From positions 16,388-80,387 of the forward strand of contig JANQSZ010000022.1 in assembly GCA_028279045.1 (NCBI GenBank): DNA of 64,000 nt, read 5' to 3'. The translations under genes and the position numbers were made by a program. Each line of letters starts with the position of its first letter. Within the stretch, counting starts at the first letter, position 1. The notes beneath the pieces are model-generated. The model was not told the DNA's origin and did no database searches. It saw only the letters and a list, made by a program, of their open reading frames with translations. The DNA is from Candidatus Nanoarchaeia archaeon (GTDB lineage: Archaea; Nanobdellota; Nanobdellia; Woesearchaeales; UBA10216). Below are positions 20,039-31,098 of the stretch, in pieces.

Positions 20039-21396
20039 AACTGGAAATCTGCATTGTAGACTTTTGTGGTGGTTATTGCTGGGAGAGAACGTACTTCTTT
20101 ATTGAGAATGTCAAGCTGGACGCTGCATTCTGGTGTTGAACAGGGGAAGAAATCCTCTGAATATATCACGATATCTGCTTCAGAAATGTGGCGGCGATAC
20201 GCTTGCTCTCCTGTAAAAGGATTGTCGTAAAAGGGAATGAATCTGTTGTTGAAATCAACAGCGAAACGAGGGTCTATGGTGAGTACTGTGGCGCCTTCCT
20301 TGAGGGAGAGTGCAGGAACTTCGACTTCTGTGGGAAGCCAGGAAACACGCTCTGCGGTAAACGATGCCGATGTGAACAGGGAAAGGGAAATGATTAGCAG
20401 GAGAGAAAGGAGGGCGATGGATTGCGGGAAATGAAATGATTTGAAAAACTTCCAAACTGCGTAGCCGGCGAAGAGCGCAAGAAACGGGAGGAAGACTATT
20501 GCGAATCGCATTTGCTTGTTGGTGATGAATGTGAAATAGAGAACTAGGAGAAGAAAGGGGAGGAGGATGTGCCACTGTTTTTTCTTTGCGAAGAGATAGA
20601 TGCCGGGAAGTGCGAATAGAAATATGGGCGCTTGCAGAAAAATGTTGAGCGGGTAGAAAATGAGAGAAGACATGAGAGAACCTGCAGCGTGCACAGGGTT
20701 GCTTTGATGAGGGAGTGCTTGTACTAGCGGATAGATTGGTGCTGCCAGTCCGTGAGATCTATACGCAATGGTGTTTGCGAGCAGGAAAGGAACTCCGACA
20801 ATTGCAGCGCCGATTGTGAATGTAATTGTTCTGATAGGTTTTTTGAGTGATAAGAAAAACAATGCTGCCCCTACCAGTCCGAGAGGATAACGCGTGAGGA
20901 ATGATAACGCTGCTGCAATACCTGAATGTGCAGGCTTGTGATGCCAATAAACAGCAAGCATCCCAAAAAAAGCAGCAGGCATGCCAGACATTAATTGGCT
21001 TGATTGGAGAACAACAACAGGGGCAGTAATGAATATTGCGCTGCACAGAAATGCTCCTGCGCTTTCCATGTAGTTGCGAGCGGTTCCGTAAATCAGAAGC
21101 GCAGTGCCTACCATAGCGGTGATTCCGATGATCTCGCCAATAGGTATGACGGGTAGGTTGAGAACCCAGGGTATGCCAAGGACAGCAGGAAGGAGAACAG
21201 GCCGCAATGGCTCCCACAAGCCGGATTGACCTGCAGAATAGAGAAATTTACCCATTCCTATATAGACTGCTTCATCCCAACCTGCAGGGTGTGCTGTTAT
21301 GAGTAAGAATGATTGGGATGCAATTGCCAGCAAGATGAGGAGAAGCACGAATCTCATAGAAAGGGCGATGTTGGAGCAGTAATAAAGCTGTCGCAA
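20002..21396 (-). CDS. GT-C membrane glycosyltransferase, PMT_2/ArnT-like (GT39/GT83-like)
   Basis: Polytopic, at least 10 TM. First-loop AGWDEAVYIGMGKF contains the DE motif of the PMT/ArnT family. Alternative start MRFVLLL at 21357. Confidence 0.55.
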   Translation of the reverse strand: MRQLYYCSNIALSMRFVLLLILLAIASQSFLLITAHPAGWDEAVYIGMGKFLYSAGQSGLWEPLRPVLLPAVLGIPWVLNLPVIPIGEIIGITAMVGTALLIYGTARNYMESAGAFLCSAIFITAPVVVLQSSQLMSGMPAAFFGMLAVYWHHKPAHSGIAAALSFLTRYPLGLVGAALFFLSLKKPIRTITFTIGAAIVGVPFLLANTIAYRSHGLAAPIYPLVQALPHQSNPVHAAGSLMSSLIFYPLNIFLQAPIFLFALPGIYLFAKKKQWHILLPFLLLVLYFTFITNKQMRFAIVFLPFLALFAGYAVWKFFKSFHFPQSIALLSLLLIISLSLFTSASFTAERVSWLPTEVEVPALSLKEGATVLTIDPRFAVDFNNRFIPFYDNPFTGEQAYRRHISEADIVIYSEDFFPCSTPECSVQLDILNKEVRSLPAITTTKVYNADFQFYLPSERVNART

Positions 21397-21450
21397 CTCT
21401 CTTTAAAGTAAAAGCAAATCTTTTAAAAGCCCTGTTTTCACAACAATGCT

Positions 21451-22683
21451 ATGAGTTTGATCTATAGCTCTCTTGTGTTTGGTGTATGGTTCTTGGCGAC
21501 CTATATTAATGTAGTTTTAATTCTTATACTTTTGACTAAACGAAAGGATTTGTATCAGTCGCCTAAAGAACACGCCACACCGTTCGTGAGCATTATTGTT
21601 CCTGCATACAACGAAGGCAAAACTTTACGGGAAAGTATCCATTCACTTCAAGCGCTTGACTACCCAAAAGACCGATACGAAGTTATCATTGTGAACGATG
21701 GTAGCAATGATGAAACAGCTGACGTTGCGCGATCACTTATGGGAGATAATGTACGTTTTCTGGACAATGTTGAAAACAAAGGAAAAGCTGCTTGTTTGAA
21801 TCAAGGGATTGAGGAAGCGAACGGCGAAATCATTGCGTGCATGGATGCAGATTCGCAAGTTGATGCAGACGTACTGCAAAAAACAATGCCGCATTTTCAA
21901 GAAGAGAAAACAGGAGCAGTTACGATCAGAGTTGATGCAAATAATCCCAAGAATTTATTGCAAAAAGTCGTGGAAGTCGAATATGTTATTGGGCTGACGC
22001 TTTCAATGCGAGCGTTGTCGTACTTCAATTCTGTATTTGTGACGCCAGGACCGTTTTCTCTCTACAGGAAAAAGCTCCTTATGCAGATTGGGAAATTTGA
22101 CCCGAACAGCATGACTGAAGATTACGAAATAGCATATCGGATACAGAAATCAGGATACAAGATTGCGACGTGCATCAATACGCGCGTACGTACCGAAGTG
22201 CCACCGACCTTTTCAGGGCTTTTTGTGCAGAGAAGACGATGGTATACAGGAGCATTACACACGATTACAAAGCATAGGGATATTCTTTTCAACAAGAAAG
22301 TGGGTCCGTTCGGATTTGTTATGCCATACTTGTTCGGGCTTCTGTTTATGGGCCTAATCCTCGTGGGAACATCCATCTATTTGATCTCCAGTAACTTGTA
22401 TCAAGCTTATACGCAATTCGCGCTTACTAACTTCAACTTCTTTTCCTACTTGAATTCTTACCAATTTGACGTGCTGGCAGTGAGCTCGCTGGCGTTCTTT
22501 TCTATAGCAACAGTAATCACGACATTTATGCTGATTACTGTGTCGATGAAACTCGCTAAAACGAGCATCAGTAATAGAAAACGAGGATACGTGGGATTCT
22601 TCTTCTTATTCTTTGTCTATCAATTGTACTGGGCAGTATCCCTCTGGTCTGCTCTGTTCGGAAGAAAGGTACGATGGCGCTAG
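21451..22683 (+). CDS. processive GT2 beta-glycan synthase (cellulose/chitin/PgaC-like)
   Basis: IIVPAYNEGKTL, VIIVNDGSNDET and CMDADS (DxD), plus QRRRWYTG (QxxRW); N- and C-terminal TM helices. Confidence 0.75.
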   Translation: MSLIYSSLVFGVWFLATYINVVLILILLTKRKDLYQSPKEHATPFVSIIVPAYNEGKTLRESIHSLQALDYPKDRYEVIIVNDGSNDETADVARSLMGDNVRFLDNVENKGKAACLNQGIEEANGEIIACMDADSQVDADVLQKTMPHFQEEKTGAVTIRVDANNPKNLLQKVVEVEYVIGLTLSMRALSYFNSVFVTPGPFSLYRKKLLMQIGKFDPNSMTEDYEIAYRIQKSGYKIATCINTRVRTEVPPTFSGLFVQRRRWYTGALHTITKHRDILFNKKVGPFGFVMPYLFGLLFMGLILVGTSIYLISSNLYQAYTQFALTNFNFFSYLNSYQFDVLAVSSLAFFSIATVITTFMLITVSMKLAKTSISNRKRGYVGFFFLFFVYQLYWAVSLWSALFGRKVRWR

Positions 22684-23387
22684 AAAAAAGAATTTTTGTG
22701 TTTGCACTTCTTATCACAATACTCATACTGCTCTCAATTATAGGGCTAACCAGCCTGCTGGGAGATAAACGAGAACAAGCTGTAGTCGACCGGATGGATT
22801 CTATTGTGAAGGAATACGAAGACATTCAAACTATCATGTTGTTGTCTGAATTCTATGGAGAAGAAGCAACGTGTGTAGCGCTTGAAAAAACACTGCTGAA
22901 CATGAACGAGGATTTATGGGATTTGGGTGTGCGGATTGAACGCTACCGGGCTGCAACTGAGGATTTCCTGAGCGATCCGTTCTATCTCGAGCAGAAGACT
23001 GACTTCAACAGAAAAGAAGCATTGTATTTTTCGATGTTGAAGAAGATGAAATCAATGTGTGACGTGAATCAAACCATTATTACATATTTCTACAGCAAAA
23101 AAGAAACGTGTCCTGATTGTGATGCACAAGCTTTTGTGTTATCGGACATCAGAAGGGATCTTGATAACGAAAACAGGCCTGACGACCTTGCCGTATTTAG
23201 CTTTGATACCGATCTTGACCTTGCATCGATAAGTTTGATGTCTCGGGTGTTCAATATTACAGAACACCCGTGTATTGTCATAGGAGATTTTGCTGGGGTG
23301 GAAGACAATATCCATTGCGGACTTCACAACAAAGCAGAAGTTGTAGAGCTACTCTGTGAAAGCGGAGACCAATCATTCTGTGAATAG
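22674..23387 (+). CDS. membrane-anchored hypothetical protein (possible synthase accessory subunit)
   Basis: Single N-terminal TM (IFVFALLITILILLSIIGL) then a soluble Cys-containing domain; overlaps the 3' end of the processive GT2 gene. Confidence 0.4.
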   Translation: MALEKRIFVFALLITILILLSIIGLTSLLGDKREQAVVDRMDSIVKEYEDIQTIMLLSEFYGEEATCVALEKTLLNMNEDLWDLGVRIERYRAATEDFLSDPFYLEQKTDFNRKEALYFSMLKKMKSMCDVNQTIITYFYSKKETCPDCDAQAFVLSDIRRDLDNENRPDDLAVFSFDTDLDLASISLMSRVFNITEHPCIVIGDFAGVEDNIHCGLHNKAEVVELLCESGDQSFCE

Positions 23388-24692
23388 GAACTTCCAGGTC
23401 TGAGTTTTTTCTGAAGAATGCAATTGATCAAATGTTTGGTTGTTCCGTAGCAAGAAAAGTATACCGTCTTCCTCATCAGACCACACTTCGCCAAACATTG
23501 CGTCGTCAACCCACAAGTAATCGATACGGAGATCTTTGAAAGATGAATTTGCATCTTGGAGGTTACGTATCTGGAACACTTTGTGAATCTCCTCAAGGTC
23601 ATCGGGCGGTGTTTCTCGAGTTATAACCGCAGGCTGACTGGCAAAATACTCAATCCAATAACTGTTTGACTCATGAGATAAAACACGGCCGTGCGGTTGG
23701 CTGGAAAGAAATTCTAAGCTTTCTTGTTGTTCTATTGTCGGTTCTAAATTGGCGAGTTCTTTTGAGAAGGAAACTGTACTGAAAAGCAAACCTGAAAGAA
23801 TCACAAGAAGAGAGAGAGTCTTCACAACATCTAATGTCCACGGAGTTTGGAGTAATACTTCAATAGTTAGTGCGCCGAGCACAACAAGAGGAAGTACAAG
23901 ATATGGAATGCGAGTGGTCCCTTCCAGGACGACCCAAATAAGGGAGGAAACCAAAGCAAAAGATAACATGCTGAATGAATTAAACCGGAACCGCCAGACG
24001 TATGCAATTCCAAGGAGGGCGATAATAACGCTGAACACACCTACGCCGTACAATTCACCGAGATCAGAGATACCGTTGAGGAATGGATGATTTGCAATGG
24101 GATTTGTTAGACTGATAAGGAAAAGGACGAGGAAAACAAGAGAGAGCGAGGAAAGAGCGAGTAACCGGTGGACGTTTCTTCTGAGCAGGGAAGCAACAAG
24201 GAGGCCTGCTGTAAAAAGGAACTCTGGCAATCCGATTAGTGCAAGGAGAAATAATGAAATCAAGCTCCCGATGGCAGGAAGAGGCTTTCTGCGGAATAGT
24301 GCGAAGGAAAGCAAAGCGAGTGGTAGGGAAAGTGATGTGGGGTTAAGCGTGCTAAAAACATACATCGTTGCTGGCGTAGTGATAAAAAGAATCGCTGCGA
24401 TCGCGTTGAGCTTCCAAGGAAGTCCTAGCCGTTCTAAAACGATGCTGAAGAGATAGACAGAGACTACTCCGAGGATGAGAGGGAAAATATGAGCGAAAAA
24501 ATTTCCGCCTAACATGATACCAATTCCGAGAATGCCGTGGTACAATGTTTCTGGAGATTGTGAAAGGAGCAAATGCTGATAGCTCTCTTCGCCGGCAACA
24601 ATCGGCCCTGACGTAAACAAACGGATAATGAGCTGTGCAGTAAGCAATATTGCTGCGGCAATGGTTACTCCTTCTTTCCATTGTGCTTTCAT
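23373..24692 (-). CDS. polytopic membrane protein with C-terminal soluble domain (paralog of next gene; GT-C-like architecture)
   Basis: About 12 predicted TM segments followed by a roughly 120-aa domain. C-terminal RIDYLWVDD resembles DYVFVSQ in the neighbouring protein. Confidence 0.5.
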   Translation of the reverse strand: MKAQWKEGVTIAAAILLTAQLIIRLFTSGPIVAGEESYQHLLLSQSPETLYHGILGIGIMLGGNFFAHIFPLILGVVSVYLFSIVLERLGLPWKLNAIAAILFITTPATMYVFSTLNPTSLSLPLALLSFALFRRKPLPAIGSLISLFLLALIGLPEFLFTAGLLVASLLRRNVHRLLALSSLSLVFLVLFLISLTNPIANHPFLNGISDLGELYGVGVFSVIIALLGIAYVWRFRFNSFSMLSFALVSSLIWVVLEGTTRIPYLVLPLVVLGALTIEVLLQTPWTLDVVKTLSLLVILSGLLFSTVSFSKELANLEPTIEQQESLEFLSSQPHGRVLSHESNSYWIEYFASQPAVITRETPPDDLEEIHKVFQIRNLQDANSSFKDLRIDYLWVDDAMFGEVWSDEEDGILFLLRNNQTFDQLHSSEKTQTWKFLFTE

Positions 24693-26164
24693 GAGCTCAC
24701 CTCACAAAGAGATTCGTAAATGAGCGGTCCTTGATTGTAGAGCAGGGAGAAACATTTCTTGTTGGAAGCGTATTGAAGACGCTCGATTTCAAAATCATCG
24801 GCAGTATTTTGGGAGACAAACACATAATCTGCGTCATATTTTGTGAGAAGAGGAATGACTTCTGTTTCGAACGGAGTCGTGTACATTGTTTCGATGTCAT
24901 TGAACCGCTCCTCGACATCGGATGCGAACAAGAAAAATGGATCAAGAATATTCTGGCGACGGGCTTCGGCAACGACCATGTAACCTTCGTTGAGAGAAGC
25001 TACGATAATTGCATCCTGAGGAAGAGATCTTCCAATCCACCGCATTCCTTCAACATCTTCAGGAGATGGATACTCTGAAGAATGTGCCATGTACCACGAA
25101 GGCATAACGTGAGCGAGAAGAATTAAAGTCAGTATTGCGAGGTACACAAGACTTCTGTACCTTACAAAATTGGTTTTGCGCACGTAACGCGAAATAATTG
25201 CTACATATGAACCGAACAAAATTGCAAACGCACCACCTAGAATGCTAAGGGCAGTTGTCTTGTCGGTGACTCCTAACGAGATAAATGCGAGGAGTGTGAG
25301 AACGGGGCTGATGACTAGATAGATTTCCCGTTTTCTTTGCCGGAGAACCAATCGGTAAATAACCCAAAGACCAACTAGTGCTCCCAAAAGCCCTGCAGCT
25401 GTCAACGCTTCAAGAATATTGGAATAGTCAAAACGTGAAGGGAACAATTCCGTCGGTACGTTTTGCCAAACCGCAGCTATTCCCTGGGATAAAAGAGGTT
25501 TTTTGAAGACAAGGAAAGTTATCCATGTGGTAAGCAAGCCGATAAAAAATGTAACTTCAAATTCCTGCGGGTATCGCTGGAGTCGTTCCAGTTTGGAAAG
25601 ACCAAGATAAAGAGATAGAGAAGCCACTAAAAGTAGTGCGATAGGATGCGTAACGGCCAGAACCACTGCGCTGACAAGGAATGTATATGCAAATGTCTTC
25701 TCGTTAATACGGAGGAAACAGTAAATAAGGAAAAAAAGCAGTGGAATTGCCATTGTTAGTGGAGATGCACTGTTTGCCGATGCGACGAAAATTGGTACAA
25801 ACCCTGCTAGCAGTCCAGAAAACGTTGCTCCCAATGCGTTCTTGGATATTCTAAGAGAAAGTGCAAAGACAACCAGCACGAGTGTTGCTGCCATAACGTT
25901 TGGCACTATCTTCAAGACGATCACTGGGTCCATGAACAAGGCGAAAAATGAAAGTACGTAGTCAAACCCTGGGAAAAAATAATGAGGAGCGTACCATAGA
26001 TCAGTAAATATTGGTGTTCCTGTATCGAGAATGGAATGAATCTGTGCAAGATGAAAGTAGGCTTCATAATCCAAAGTTGGAGTACGGAACGCGATAAGCA
26101 ATCGGAAAGCTAAAACTAGAGAAAAGAGAATTCCTGCGGTAGCTGATTTCTTAGGAAGCTTCAT
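24689..26164 (-). CDS. polytopic membrane protein with C-terminal soluble domain (GT-C-like architecture)
   Basis: 491 aa, multi-TM N-terminal region, C-terminal soluble domain; same architecture as the 23373-24692 protein. Confidence 0.5.
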   Translation of the reverse strand: MKLPKKSATAGILFSLVLAFRLLIAFRTPTLDYEAYFHLAQIHSILDTGTPIFTDLWYAPHYFFPGFDYVLSFFALFMDPVIVLKIVPNVMAATLVLVVFALSLRISKNALGATFSGLLAGFVPIFVASANSASPLTMAIPLLFFLIYCFLRINEKTFAYTFLVSAVVLAVTHPIALLLVASLSLYLGLSKLERLQRYPQEFEVTFFIGLLTTWITFLVFKKPLLSQGIAAVWQNVPTELFPSRFDYSNILEALTAAGLLGALVGLWVIYRLVLRQRKREIYLVISPVLTLLAFISLGVTDKTTALSILGGAFAILFGSYVAIISRYVRKTNFVRYRSLVYLAILTLILLAHVMPSWYMAHSSEYPSPEDVEGMRWIGRSLPQDAIIVASLNEGYMVVAEARRQNILDPFFLFASDVEERFNDIETMYTTPFETEVIPLLTKYDADYVFVSQNTADDFEIERLQYASNKKCFSLLYNQGPLIYESLCEVSS

Positions 26165-27257
26165 GGCTCAATACAAGGAGCGTGTAGGACTCCTCGCCCT
26201 TCTTGATGACAGTTGAACTCACAACCCAATCTGAGATATAGGGTTTTATTAATGTTGGGTCTTTGATAAGCAGAGAAACAACTCCATCCTTCTTGAGGAT
26301 GTTCTCTGCCTGATTGAATAGCTTATCTGCACGCTTCTGCACAACTTCTGTAGGAATACGGCGATTCGGGCCAGCAATCATTGTGACAATTGCATCAACT
26401 GAATTGGGCTCGCACCGAAGATCAAGATCTTGAAGAGGTGTGCGAGAAAAATCAATCATTTTTTTGACGCCTGCAACGCGAGCATTCTTTTCGGCACCGC
26501 GGAGATTCGGCATTGAGCCATCGATGGCTATTACTTTGCCCTTGCCAGGAGAAATGTCAGTGGATTTTGTTTTGCTGAACGGACGGAGATTGGTTAGCGT
26601 GATGTCACGATGCTCATGAGGAGAAATTCCTTGCATCCAAAGCGTTGCTTCGATCACGATCTGGCCAGAACCACAAAGAGGATCAAGATATGTCGCGTTC
26701 TTGTCCTTGCCTGCTGCGCGCACGATTGCATAAGATAGCAATGCGCTGGTCTCAGCAGCGTGCAAGACTACGCGGTAGTCGCGTTTGCTTGCATCGAAAC
26801 CCATGACATCGATGCCGATCGCGCCTTTATCGTCGGCGATAATAATTTTTACAATGACATCCGGATGCTTTAAGTGAATTTTAGATTTTGTACGAGGAAT
26901 GAGAAGTAATGACGCTTCCTTTGCAATATCTGGGCTGTTAAAAGTGTGATCACCTGTACGAGAACAACGGACAGCAAACGTAGTGGAATCTAGCCAATCG
27001 TCAAGGTTGATTCTGTGAGCGACCTTCTTGAGCTCTGCCATGGTTTTGTCGAGGCCGGGAAATACAGAAAAGGTATCAAAAAGCACGAGCAGAGAAGAAA
27101 TCGATTGAGCGTGTTCTGCAAAGCGTAATGCATCCTCTTCAGAAGCCTCGAAAATAACAAAACCCTTTTCTGCAGAAGCCTGAGTGTTACACAACTCTTG
27201 GACCTCTTGCTGGCAAAACTTCTCCAGCCCTTCCTGGGTTATAGCCAGAAATTTCAT
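26151..27257 (-). CDS. THUMP-domain tRNA (guanine-N2) methyltransferase (Trm14/Trm11-like)
   Basis: N-terminal THUMP-like region; SAM motif [14 protein letters not shown]; 368 aa. Confidence 0.6.
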   Translation of the reverse strand: MKFLAITQEGLEKFCQQEVQELCNTQASAEKGFVIFEASEEDALRFAEHAQSISSLLVLFDTFSVFPGLDKTMAELKKVAHRINLDDWLDSTTFAVRCSRTGDHTFNSPDIAKEASLLLIPRTKSKIHLKHPDVIVKIIIADDKGAIGIDVMGFDASKRDYRVVLHAAETSALLSYAIVRAAGKDKNATYLDPLCGSGQIVIEATLWMQGISPHEHRDITLTNLRPFSKTKSTDISPGKGKVIAIDGSMPNLRGAEKNARVAGVKKMIDFSRTPLQDLDLRCEPNSVDAIVTMIAGPNRRIPTEVVQKRADKLFNQAENILKKDGVVSLLIKDPTLIKPYISDWVVSSTVIKKGEESYTLLVLSHEAS

Positions 27258-29671
27258 TCTGTTTCTGCGGCGATTTGCGCTAAACCAACAACATGATCAC
27301 CGTCTTTCAAGCGCATAATTCGTGATCCTTGGGTATTTCTACCGAAACTAGAAATATCACTAGCAGCGACGCGGATAACAATGCCAGAGCGACTCATGAT
27401 GATTAAATCGTCGTTTGGCAACGTTGAAACTACGCTGACAACCTTACCATTTCTCTCAGAAGTTTGAATATTAATGACACCCAGACCACCCCGCTTGGTT
27501 ACGCGGTACTCTGACAGAGCAGTTCTCTTACCGAAACCGTTTTCGGTAATGGTGAGAATTTCCCGGGAAGAATCAGCAAGCACCATAGAAACAACAACGT
27601 CGTTTTCGCGTAGTTTCATGCCACGCACTCCTCTTGCTGAACGACCTGTGGGACGTACGTCTTTTTCATTAAAGCGAACAGCGTTTCCTGCACTTGATGC
27701 GATAAGTAGTTCGTTATTCCCATCTGTGCGGCGAACGCTAATAAGTTCATCTTCCTGATCGAGTGTTATTGCGATGATTCCTCCACGACGAGGGCGGGAG
27801 TAATGAGCAAGACCTGTTTTCTTTACCGTGCCGTTTCTTGTTGCCATGATCAAGTTGTTAGTTTCGTCAAACTTTTCAACAGGGATAACAGCAGAAACCT
27901 TTTCGGAATCGTCCAAGTCAAGGAGATTAACTATTGCTTTCCCCATGGCTGTACGTGATCCCTCAGGAATTTGATGCACTTTCAACCAATGCACAATACC
28001 TTTTGTGGTGAAGAAAAGTAAATATGCATGGGTGTTTGCGATGAATATGTTTTCTGCGAAATCATCTTCGCGTGTTGATTGGCCTTTCACACCTTTACCG
28101 CCTCTATTCTGCTGCCTGTACGTATCCATTGCCAATCGCTTGATGTAACCACGATTACTGATGGTGACGATCATGTCCTCTTTCTTGATCAGATCTTCAG
28201 GAAGCATTACTTCGTCGCCGCCTTCGATGATTTCTGTTCGACGTTCATCTCCGTATGCGTCAACAAGTTCATCGAGCTCTGTTTTGATGATTCCTCTGAT
28301 TTTTTCTTGAGAATCAAGGATGCTGCGGAGTTCAACGATCAACTTGAGAACTTCTGCGTGTTCCTCACGAACTTTTTGTTGTTCCATTGAAGCCAGGCGG
28401 GATAAACGCATCTCTAGGATCGCTTCTGCTTGCTTCACTGATAGAGGGAAAGAACTTTGTAATGCTGCTTTAGCAGCTGCAACGTCTTGTGATTCTCGAA
28501 TAAGTTTGATTACTGCATCGACGTTGTTCAACGCTACAATGAGTCCTTCAAGAATATGCGCGCGTGCTTCTGCTTTTTGCAAATCGAACTGTGTTCGACG
28601 GGTAATGATTGTAATACGGTGCTTAGTGAACTCATCCAGCATGTCTCGGAGAGTCAGTGTTTTAGGTTCACCGTTAACAAGGGCGATAAGATTCATACCG
28701 AATGTGGTTTCAAGACGAGTATGTGCGTAGAGTTGATTCAGAATAACATCGGGGCTTGCATCGCGCTTGGTGTCAATTACAATGCGCATACCGTTCTTGT
28801 CAGATTCATCGCGGATATCGGAGATACCGGTGACGCGTTTACTTGTAACGAGGTCAGCCATTTCCTCAATCATAGATGATTTATTCACCATGTACGGGAT
28901 TTCTGTAATGATGATTCGACGTTCTTCAGTTTCTGCGCGACCACGCACTTTGATCAAACCGCGGCCTGTTCGATATGCTAACTTGATACCTGCGTCGCCG
29001 AGAATTTGAGCTCCTGTAGGAAAATCAGGACCGCTAATGTGATTTAGCAAATCCTCTGCAGGAATCTCTGGATTATCGATTGTTGCCTTTAATGCGGAAA
29101 CAACTTCTGGAAGATTATGAGGAGGAATGTTTGTTGCCATACCAACAGCAATTCCGGAACTTCCGTTTACAAGAAGGTTAGGAAACTTGCTTGGGAGCAC
29201 GCTTGGTTCTTTCAAACTGTTATCGAAATTTGGAACCATATCAACAGTATCTTTTTCGATGTCCTGCAACATTTCTTCAGCGATCTTGGTGAGTTTTGCT
29301 TCTGTGTAACGCATTGCTGCTGCATTATCACCATCAATACTTCCGAAATTTCCTTGACCGTTTACAAGCGGATATCGCAATGAGAAATCTTGCGCCATAC
29401 GCACCAATGTGTCGTAGACTGCTGAATCACCATGCGGGTGATACTTACCTAGCGCATCTCCCACAATTCTTGCCGATTTTCTAAACGGTTTATTGTGGAA
29501 CAATCCGAGATCTCGCATTGCATACAAAACACGGCGATGGACTGGTTTGAGGCCATCTTGAGCAGAAGGAAGGGCACGGCCTACAAGAACTGACATCGCA
29601 TAATCTAAGTAGGAAGAGCGCATTTCTTCTTCGATTTCTCGCGAAGCAACGCCTTTGTCTGCTGATTCCAT
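27254..29671 (-). CDS. gyrA: DNA gyrase subunit A
   Basis: [18 protein letters not shown] active-site tyrosine region ([11 protein letters not shown]), C-terminal beta-pinwheel repeats; 805 aa. Confidence 0.9.
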   Translation of the reverse strand: MESADKGVASREIEEEMRSSYLDYAMSVLVGRALPSAQDGLKPVHRRVLYAMRDLGLFHNKPFRKSARIVGDALGKYHPHGDSAVYDTLVRMAQDFSLRYPLVNGQGNFGSIDGDNAAAMRYTEAKLTKIAEEMLQDIEKDTVDMVPNFDNSLKEPSVLPSKFPNLLVNGSSGIAVGMATNIPPHNLPEVVSALKATIDNPEIPAEDLLNHISGPDFPTGAQILGDAGIKLAYRTGRGLIKVRGRAETEERRIIITEIPYMVNKSSMIEEMADLVTSKRVTGISDIRDESDKNGMRIVIDTKRDASPDVILNQLYAHTRLETTFGMNLIALVNGEPKTLTLRDMLDEFTKHRITIITRRTQFDLQKAEARAHILEGLIVALNNVDAVIKLIRESQDVAAAKAALQSSFPLSVKQAEAILEMRLSRLASMEQQKVREEHAEVLKLIVELRSILDSQEKIRGIIKTELDELVDAYGDERRTEIIEGGDEVMLPEDLIKKEDMIVTISNRGYIKRLAMDTYRQQNRGGKGVKGQSTREDDFAENIFIANTHAYLLFFTTKGIVHWLKVHQIPEGSRTAMGKAIVNLLDLDDSEKVSAVIPVEKFDETNNLIMATRNGTVKKTGLAHYSRPRRGGIIAITLDQEDELISVRRTDGNNELLIASSAGNAVRFNEKDVRPTGRSARGVRGMKLRENDVVVSMVLADSSREILTITENGFGKRTALSEYRVTKRGGLGVINIQTSERNGKVVSVVSTLPNDDLIIMSRSGIVIRVAASDISSFGRNTQGSRIMRLKDGDHVVGLAQIAAETE

Positions 29672-29768
29672 TTGTAAAATGAGAAACTGCGATTGTTTAA
29701 AAAGTTATGTATTAGAATTAGGGGTTTCAGGGCCCAAAATAGGCTAATTTAAGGACTTGAGCAGCGTT

Positions 29769-29903
29769 TTAGTTGATTTGGTGATTGGTCACGGTAAAGG
29801 ATTTTCCGCAGTAGACACAGCGCTTGGAAGTAGATCTAGACAGCGGTTTTTGTGGCTGATAATTCATCGCGTTCCCACATTTAGGGCATTTCACGCGCAT
29901 CAT
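29769..29903 (-). CDS. zinc-ribbon micro-protein (44 aa, CPxC...CxxC)
   Basis: Hand-translated: MMRVKCPKCGNAMNYQPQKPLSRSTSKRCVYCGKSFTVTNHQIN. Its ATG overlaps the scpB stop (ATGA). Below the 60-aa ORF-track cutoff. Confidence 0.4.
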   Translation of the reverse strand: MMRVKCPKCGNAMNYQPQKPLSRSTSKRCVYCGKSFTVTNHQIN

Positions 29904-30517
29904 TCTTCATCAGGTGCTTCTGGTAATTGAGAAATCTCTTCGCCCTCAAGCTTTGGTTCGATCTCTTCGTCAACGACTTCTGTTGACTCATCGGTTTGAA
30001 CTTGAAGTGCTGCAGGCTCTTTGATGTCGCCGAATTTTTCTTTAATATCCTCTCGGCTGCGCAAATCAAAATAGGAAAAGAATTTGTCAGTAAGCCTGAG
30101 AAGTTTTGAACGGCCTTGCTTTTTTGCTGTGACAAATCCTGCTTCTTCGAGCTCTTTAATGTGGTCATATGCTTTATTGGTTCTAATACGGATGACTTCG
30201 CTTTGGAGAACAGGGGCTTTCCAGGCAACAACTGCCAAAGTTTCCATGACGGTTTTCGAAAGCTCGGTTTCTGAGACAATGTTCTGAACTATAGGGAAGT
30301 AATCAGTGCGAACCATGAACTTCCAGAAAGCGCCCTCCTCGACAACTTGGATTGCTCCTGCGTATTCGTCATAGTCCTTTTGAAGTTCACGTAAAGCGTT
30401 AAGTGCTTGCTTTTGGTCGAGTCCAGTGAGTTTTGCAATCTCTTCAAGTGCAACTTTGTTGCTTGAAGCGAACAAAACCGATTCGACTTTACCTTTATCA
30501 CTCATTTTCTTTTCCAC
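29900..30517 (-). CDS. scpB: segregation and condensation protein B
   Basis: VESVLFASSNKVALEEIAKLTGLD ... LETLAVVAWKAPVLQSEVIRIRTNKAYDHIKELEEAGFV: two ScpB winged-helix repeats. Confidence 0.7.
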   Translation of the reverse strand: MEKKMSDKGKVESVLFASSNKVALEEIAKLTGLDQKQALNALRELQKDYDEYAGAIQVVEEGAFWKFMVRTDYFPIVQNIVSETELSKTVMETLAVVAWKAPVLQSEVIRIRTNKAYDHIKELEEAGFVTAKKQGRSKLLRLTDKFFSYFDLRSREDIKEKFGDIKEPAALQVQTDESTEVVDEEIEPKLEGEEISQLPEAPDEE

Positions 30518-31098
30518 ATATCGCCGTCTTTTACCAATTCGCCTTCGCTGGCAAATTGTTCAAGGAACTTTTCTAAATCTTCAGTTCCAATGCCAACAAT
30601 TTTTGAGAGCTCGCCGGTGGATCTTGGATTTTCAACGGCAATGAGAATAGAATTTTTTAACATACGCGCTGCGTTTCGCTCAAGGATGTCGTTTCTTGCT
30701 GTTTTTTGTTTAAGCAAAAAATCTACGCGATGCAGACGGTCCATCAAATCATTTAACAAATTAGAAATATCTGTATTTGAAATTTCTAAATGTTCAGGAG
30801 AAGCAATTTCGATCGAGGAAGGCATATATTCGAAGCACAACATGACGAGAGAATCATAACTCTTTACGAGTAGTTCGATTTCAGCGAACGTGCTGAATAT
30901 TTTATCGCTACCTTCCTGAAGTTCTGGCTCGTGCAGCTTCTTATCGCGAACGTCATAATGGCTATCTTCGCTCATTTGAGTTATGAGGGTTTGCATTGTC
31001 TTTTCCACGTGTTCTTTTGGAGCTCCGACAATCTGTAATACGATGTTTGTATGCAGCCATCCTTGGGCTACAAGTTCATTTATGTCTTCCATGCTCAT
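30502..31098 (-). CDS. hypothetical protein with C-terminal winged-helix (possible diverged ScpA/kleisin partner)
   Basis: 198 aa. C-terminal STGELSKIVGIGTEDLEKFLEQFASEGEL looks like a wHTH. Sits immediately upstream of scpB and overlaps its start. No confident family assignment. Confidence 0.35.
   Translation of the reverse strand: MSMEDINELVAQGWLHTNIVLQIVGAPKEHVEKTMQTLITQMSEDSHYDVRDKKLHEPELQEGSDKIFSTFAEIELLVKSYDSLVMLCFEYMPSSIEIASPEHLEISNTDISNLLNDLMDRLHRVDFLLKQKTARNDILERNAARMLKNSILIAVENPRSTGELSKIVGIGTEDLEKFLEQFASEGELVKDGDMWKRK

Noticed and set aside
29672-29768. Partial AAGGAC match (aaggacttgag) in the gyrA promoter region
   Set aside because: Only a 6-nt partial match to the iteron motif, without the palindrome or clustering; likely chance.
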